This document shows, one piece after another, positions 28,485 to 32,000 of a DNA stretch of 32,000 bases. Under the pieces are notes generated by a model. The model ran no database searches and was not told where the DNA came from. It saw only the letters and a list, made by a program, of their open reading frames with translations. Position 1 is the first letter of the stretch. Each line of letters starts with the position of its first letter. The DNA is from Clostridia bacterium (GTDB lineage Bacteria > Bacillota > Clostridia > UMGS1883), in assembly GCA_017472685.1 (NCBI GenBank), contig JAFUOO010000013.1:78964-110963 (forward strand), given 5' to 3'. The position numbers were made by a program, and so were the translations under genes.

Positions 28485-29084
28485 ATGCCAAGCGCAAAGA
28501 TTCTCGAAGCTAAGAAGCAGGCTGTTGAAGAAATCAAGGCAACCCTTACTAAGGCTGTTGCAGGTGTTTTCGTTGACTACTGCGGTCTTACAGTTGAACA
28601 GGATACTAAGCTCCGTAACAAGCTCAGAGAAGCTAACGTAGAGTACAAGGTTGTTAAGAACACACTTACAAGATTTGCAGCCAACGAAATTGGTCTTGAA
28701 GGTCTTGATGAAATTCTTAACGGTCCCACAGCTCTCGCTATCAGCGAAACTGACGAAGTTATCGCAGCTAAGGTCCTTGCAGAATTTGCAAAAGAAAACG
28801 AAGCTCTCGAAATTAAGTCCGGCTTCCTTGAAGGTAAGGTTGTTTCCGTTGACGAAGTTAAGAAGCTCGCAGACACACCCAGCCGTGAAGTTCTTATTGC
28901 TAAGTTGATGGGTAGCATGAACTCTCCCATCGCAGCTCTTGCAAGAACATTGCAGGCTCTTGTTGACAACGGTGTTGAACCCGCTGACATCAAGGTAGAA
29001 AAGGAAGAAGCTCCCGCTGCCCCCGAAGCAGTTGAAGCAGCTCCCGCAGAAGCAGCAGCTGAAGAAGCTCCCGCTGCAGAATAA
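28485..29084 (+). CDS. rplJ: 50S ribosomal protein L10 with Ala/Glu/Pro-rich C-terminal extension
   Basis: MPSAKILEAKKQAVEEIK... GGAGAGGTGA RBS before ATG 28485. The track start 28437 lies inside the attenuator hairpin. Confidence 0.95.
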   Translation: MPSAKILEAKKQAVEEIKATLTKAVAGVFVDYCGLTVEQDTKLRNKLREANVEYKVVKNTLTRFAANEIGLEGLDEILNGPTALAISETDEVIAAKVLAEFAKENEALEIKSGFLEGKVVSVDEVKKLADTPSREVLIAKLMGSMNSPIAALARTLQALVDNGVEPADIKVEKEEAPAAPEAVEAAPAEAAAEEAPAAE

Positions 29085-29127
29085 TTAAAAAATCAATTTT
29101 AAAACCATTAAATGGAGGTAAATTAAA

Positions 29128-29499
29128 ATGACAGTTCAGGAAATTTTAAATGCAATTAAAGAATTAAAGTTATTAGAAGTTGCTGACCTTGTAAAGGCAA
29201 TGGAAGAAGAATTTGGCGTAAGCGCAGCTGCTCCCGTAGCTGTAGCTGTAGCTGGTGCTGCTGATGCAGGCGCTGGTGCTGCTGAAAAGACAGAATTCGA
29301 CGTAGTACTTGTTGACGCTGGTGCAAGCAAGCTCAACGTTGTTAAGGCTGTTAAGACTATCACAGGTCTTGGTCTTAAGGAATCTAAGGACGCTGTTGAC
29401 AACGTTCCTTCCACACTTAAGGAAGCTGTATCCAAGGACGAAGCTGAAAAGATTAAGGCTGAACTTGAAGCAGCAGGCGCAAAGGTTGAACTTAAGTAA
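29128..29499 (+). CDS. rplL: 50S ribosomal protein L7/L12
   Basis: An N-terminal dimerisation helix, an Ala-rich hinge and the C-terminal domain ([21 protein letters not shown]...[18 protein letters not shown]). Confidence 0.97.
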   Translation: MTVQEILNAIKELKLLEVADLVKAMEEEFGVSAAAPVAVAVAGAADAGAGAAEKTEFDVVLVDAGASKLNVVKAVKTITGLGLKESKDAVDNVPSTLKEAVSKDEAEKIKAELEAAGAKVELK

Positions 29500-29522
29500 T
29501 TTAACTTTTCCGTACATTAAAG

Positions 29523-29547
29523 GGACAGGTTTTACCTGTCCTTTTTT
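29523..29547 (+). terminator. Intrinsic terminator after rplL
   Basis: GGACAGGT ttt ACCTGTCC stem-loop followed by TTTTTT. Confidence 0.8.
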
Positions 29548-29571
29548 GTGTTCTTCGGGGAAAAGCTTCTA

Positions 29572-29600
29572 TTGACAAAACTCTCTTTTTTGGATAGAAT
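29572..29600 (+). promoter_or_regulatory. Candidate promoter of the uracil permease-upp unit
   Basis: TTGACA (29572-29577), 17-nt spacer, TAGAAT (29595-29600). Confidence 0.5.
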
Positions 29601-29666
29601 TTTATATAGAGGGATTAAAAAATCTTTCACAAAAAGTGGCAATGCCACAATAAGGAGGAGTAAATT

Positions 29667-31043
29667 ATGCAGTTAATTTACAAGGTTGAGGACAAGCCCA
29701 AATTCTTGCAGCTTTTGATTTTTGCACTTCAGCAGCTTTTGTCCATTATGACCGCAACACTGGTTGTTCCCGTAATTATAGGTAATAACATGAGCCCTGC
29801 GGCAGCACTTGTGGGTGCAGGTGTAGGTACACTTGTTTATGTGGCGTTCACTAAGAAAAAGAGCCCTGTTTTCCTTGGCTCATCCTTCGCATTTATCGGT
29901 TCAATGTTTGCGGCATTTGCAGGCGGCGTTTCCATGAGCCTTGGCTATCTTGGTCTTATCATCGGCGCCGTTTTTGCAGGTATGGTTTATGTAATCATCG
30001 CAGTTCTTGTTAAATTTGCAGGTGTTGGCTGGATTAATAAGCTTATGCCCGCTGCAGTTGTGGGTCCAACTGTTGCAATCATCGGTCTTTCTCTTGCAGG
30101 TAATGCTGTAGGCGATGTTCTTAAGTTTGCAACATATGACTCCGCGAACGCCGTTTATGACATGTCCTTAAAGGGCTGGCTCGGTCTTTTGTGCGCATTG
30201 GTAACACTTTTTACTGTTATAATCTGCTCAACCTACGGCAAGAAGTGGGGCAGACTTATTCCCTTTATTTTCGGTATTCTTGGCGGCTATGCAGTAGCAG
30301 GCGTTTTGACAATAATCGGTTATGCTGCAGGCATTGATGCTCTTAAATTGGTTGATGTTGCACCCTTTACAGCTCTTCTTACAAATGGAGCTGTTACAAT
30401 TGAAACCTTTGTTTCTGTTCCCAACTTTACATTCCTGACAGCTTTCAAGGGCTTTGGCGAAATCACCCCCGACTACCTTGGCACAATAGCTGTTGCATAT
30501 ATTCCTGTGGCATTTGTTGTGTTTGCTGAGCACCTGGCTGACCATAAGAACATTTCGTCCATTATTGAAAAGGACCTTCTTGAAGAGCCCGGCTTGCATC
30601 GCACTCTTCTCGGCGACGGTATCGGCTCAATGTTCGGCGCATTCTTCGGCGGATGCCCCAACACCACCTACGGCGAATCTGTAGGCTGTGTTGCCATCAC
30701 AAGAAATGCTTCTGTTTACACGATTATTGCAGCGGCAATTATGTCAATTGTAATTGCATTTGTATCTCCCTTCATTGCATTTGTATCCTCCATACCTTCC
30801 AGTGTAATGGGCGGTGTATGTATGGCACTTTACGGATTTATTGCAGTATCGGGTCTTAAGATGGTGCAGACAGTTAACCTCAATGTTAACAAAAATCTTT
30901 TCGTTGTATCGGCAATTCTTATATCAGGTATAGGCGGTATGGCACTCCGTATCGGTCAGATTACACTTACAGCAGTTGCTTGCCCGCTTATTCTGGGTAT
31001 TGTAGTAAATCTCATTGTTTCAAAAGCAAAGGACGAGGAATAA
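29667..31043 (+). CDS. Uracil/xanthine permease (NCS2 / solute carrier 23 family), probably uracil permease
   Basis: A polytopic protein of about 13-14 TMs with an NCS2-type sequence pattern. It is followed 3 nt later by upp, which supports uracil as the substrate. Confidence 0.88.
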   Translation: MQLIYKVEDKPKFLQLLIFALQQLLSIMTATLVVPVIIGNNMSPAAALVGAGVGTLVYVAFTKKKSPVFLGSSFAFIGSMFAAFAGGVSMSLGYLGLIIGAVFAGMVYVIIAVLVKFAGVGWINKLMPAAVVGPTVAIIGLSLAGNAVGDVLKFATYDSANAVYDMSLKGWLGLLCALVTLFTVIICSTYGKKWGRLIPFIFGILGGYAVAGVLTIIGYAAGIDALKLVDVAPFTALLTNGAVTIETFVSVPNFTFLTAFKGFGEITPDYLGTIAVAYIPVAFVVFAEHLADHKNISSIIEKDLLEEPGLHRTLLGDGIGSMFGAFFGGCPNTTYGESVGCVAITRNASVYTIIAAAIMSIVIAFVSPFIAFVSSIPSSVMGGVCMALYGFIAVSGLKMVQTVNLNVNKNLFVVSAILISGIGGMALRIGQITLTAVACPLILGIVVNLIVSKAKDEE

Positions 31044-31046
31044 ATT

Positions 31047-31676
31047 ATGAAAAACGTTATGATTTTTGACCATCCACTTATTCAGCACAAAACAACAATC
31101 CTCAGACAGAAGGAAACCTCCAATAAGGAATTCCGTGAGCTTGTAGAGGAAATTACAATGCTCATGTGCTACGAAGCCCTCAGGGACCTTCCTCTTGAGG
31201 ATGTTGAAATTGAAACACCTATAAAGAAGACAACACAAAAAATGATAAAGGGTAAGGACATGGCTGTAGTGCCCATTCTTCGTGCAGGCTTAGGTATGGT
31301 TGAGGGCTTTTTAAGCCTTGTGCCCAATGCAAAGGTCGGTCACATCGGCATGTACCGTGACGAGGTAACAATGCAGCCTCAGGAATACTACTGCAAGCTT
31401 CCGCCCGATATTGATAAGAGGCTTGTAGTTGTTGTTGACCCCATGCTCGCAACAGGTGGCTCCGCCATCGATGCCATAGGACAGATTAAGTCCTACGGCG
31501 CAACACAGATTAAGTTCTTGTGTCTTATTGCGGCACCCGAGGGGATTGAAGCATTAACAAAGGCGCACCCCGATGTTGAAGTGTACTGCGCTAATGTGGA
31601 CGAATGCCTTAACGAAAGATGCTACATCGTACCCGGGCTGGGCGATGCAGGCGACAGAATTTTCGGAACAATGTAA
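31047..31676 (+). CDS. upp: Uracil phosphoribosyltransferase
   Basis: [18 protein letters not shown], and the PRPP-binding loop [13 protein letters not shown]. The C-terminal [16 protein letters not shown] motif is diagnostic of Upp. Confidence 0.96.
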   Translation: MKNVMIFDHPLIQHKTTILRQKETSNKEFRELVEEITMLMCYEALRDLPLEDVEIETPIKKTTQKMIKGKDMAVVPILRAGLGMVEGFLSLVPNAKVGHIGMYRDEVTMQPQEYYCKLPPDIDKRLVVVVDPMLATGGSAIDAIGQIKSYGATQIKFLCLIAAPEGIEALTKAHPDVEVYCANVDECLNERCYIVPGLGDAGDRIFGTM

Positions 31677-31692
31677 AAAAATATAAAAATCA

Positions 31693-31722
31693 AGGCAGGG
31701 CACAATTGCCCTGCCTGTTTTG
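31693..31722. terminator. Bidirectional terminator between upp and the convergent small ORF
   Basis: AGGCAGGGCA caat TGCCCTGCCT 10-bp stem, with an A-rich 5' flank and GTTTTGTGTT 3' flank. Confidence 0.8.
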
Positions 31723-31724
31723 TG

Positions 31725-32000
31725 TTATAAATCTGCTATATCTGCCCGTGGGAGGTTGTTTTCCATATTATCTCTGCCTAAATCCGTGTCAAGCACGCCG
31801 TAAATAGGTGGTATGGGAGAATCTGTAGCAAGAGGCTTCGTGTGGAAAACCTTTCCCGAGGCGGTCCCTATTCCTTCAATCAAGGGCTTAGCTTTTTCCT
31901 TGCCGGATTTTGCCTTCCCCTGTATTTCGGGCACAGGCGGAAGATTGTTTTTTTCTTTCACATGAGTGCGACTTGGTCTTTTCATTCCTTGCTTTGGCAT
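31725..32000 (-). CDS. Small basic hypothetical protein (91 aa as seen; start coincides with window edge, so it may be longer)
   Basis: The ORF begins with ATG exactly at the window end, so no upstream context is visible. The N-terminal half is Lys/Pro-rich. I do not recognise a family. The stop sits next to the bidirectional terminator. Confidence 0.45.
   Translation of the reverse strand: MPKQGMKRPSRTHVKEKNNLPPVPEIQGKAKSGKEKAKPLIEGIGTASGKVFHTKPLATDSPIPPIYGVLDTDLGRDNMENNLPRADIADL

Noticed and set aside
29601-29666. PyrR-binding attenuator upstream of the uracil permease
   Set aside because: Only a partial AGAGGG match to the PyrR loop consensus was found, with no terminator/antiterminator architecture.

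Overview
This window looks like a densely packed, mostly plus-strand core-genome segment of a Firmicutes/Clostridia-type chromosome. That assignment is an inference from gene order, an SLH protein, hfq, Gram-positive-style RBSs and promoters, and mid-40s % GC. Gene order: relA/spoT (5' partial), MBL-fold hydrolase, hemZ-like radical SAM enzyme and a zinc-ribbon protein. Next comes a MacAB/YknXYZ-type efflux module (adaptor, ATPase, FtsX permease) followed directly by an SLH-domain wall protein. A long, translationally coupled string follows: mutS-mutL-miaA-hfq-(orphan HlyD-like protein)-recO-GH2 beta-galactosidase. A minus-strand unit holds an ARO8/KAT-type aminotransferase, trpS and a WecA/TagO-like transferase, followed by an orphan L-rhamnose mutarotase. 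The window ends with the rpmG-secE-nusG-rplK-rplA-rplJ-rplL cluster, uracil permease plus upp, and the start of a small basic ORF at the window edge. I found no transposase, integrase, CRISPR array, tRNA/rRNA gene, toxin-antitoxin pair or recognisable defence system, so I cannot claim a clear novel gene system. The strongest unexplained signal is non-coding: the 535-bp rhaM/rpmG spacer. It holds about 11 consecutive short hairpins plus eight copies of a 9-mer (CATGATATG) in two inverted blocks. Secondary curiosities:
- A Met-Pro-Gly-rich repeat insertion and GGM-like tail in the efflux adaptor.
- The SLH protein linked to the pump.
- An orphan membrane-fusion-like gene wedged between hfq and recO.
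- A trpS with no T-box, co-transcribed with an aminotransferase.
- Paired L1-binding-like RNA motifs before rplK and rplA.
- Charged or low-complexity extensions in NusG, L10 and SecE.
All family assignments come from reading the translated ORFs and motifs by eye; no searches were run.
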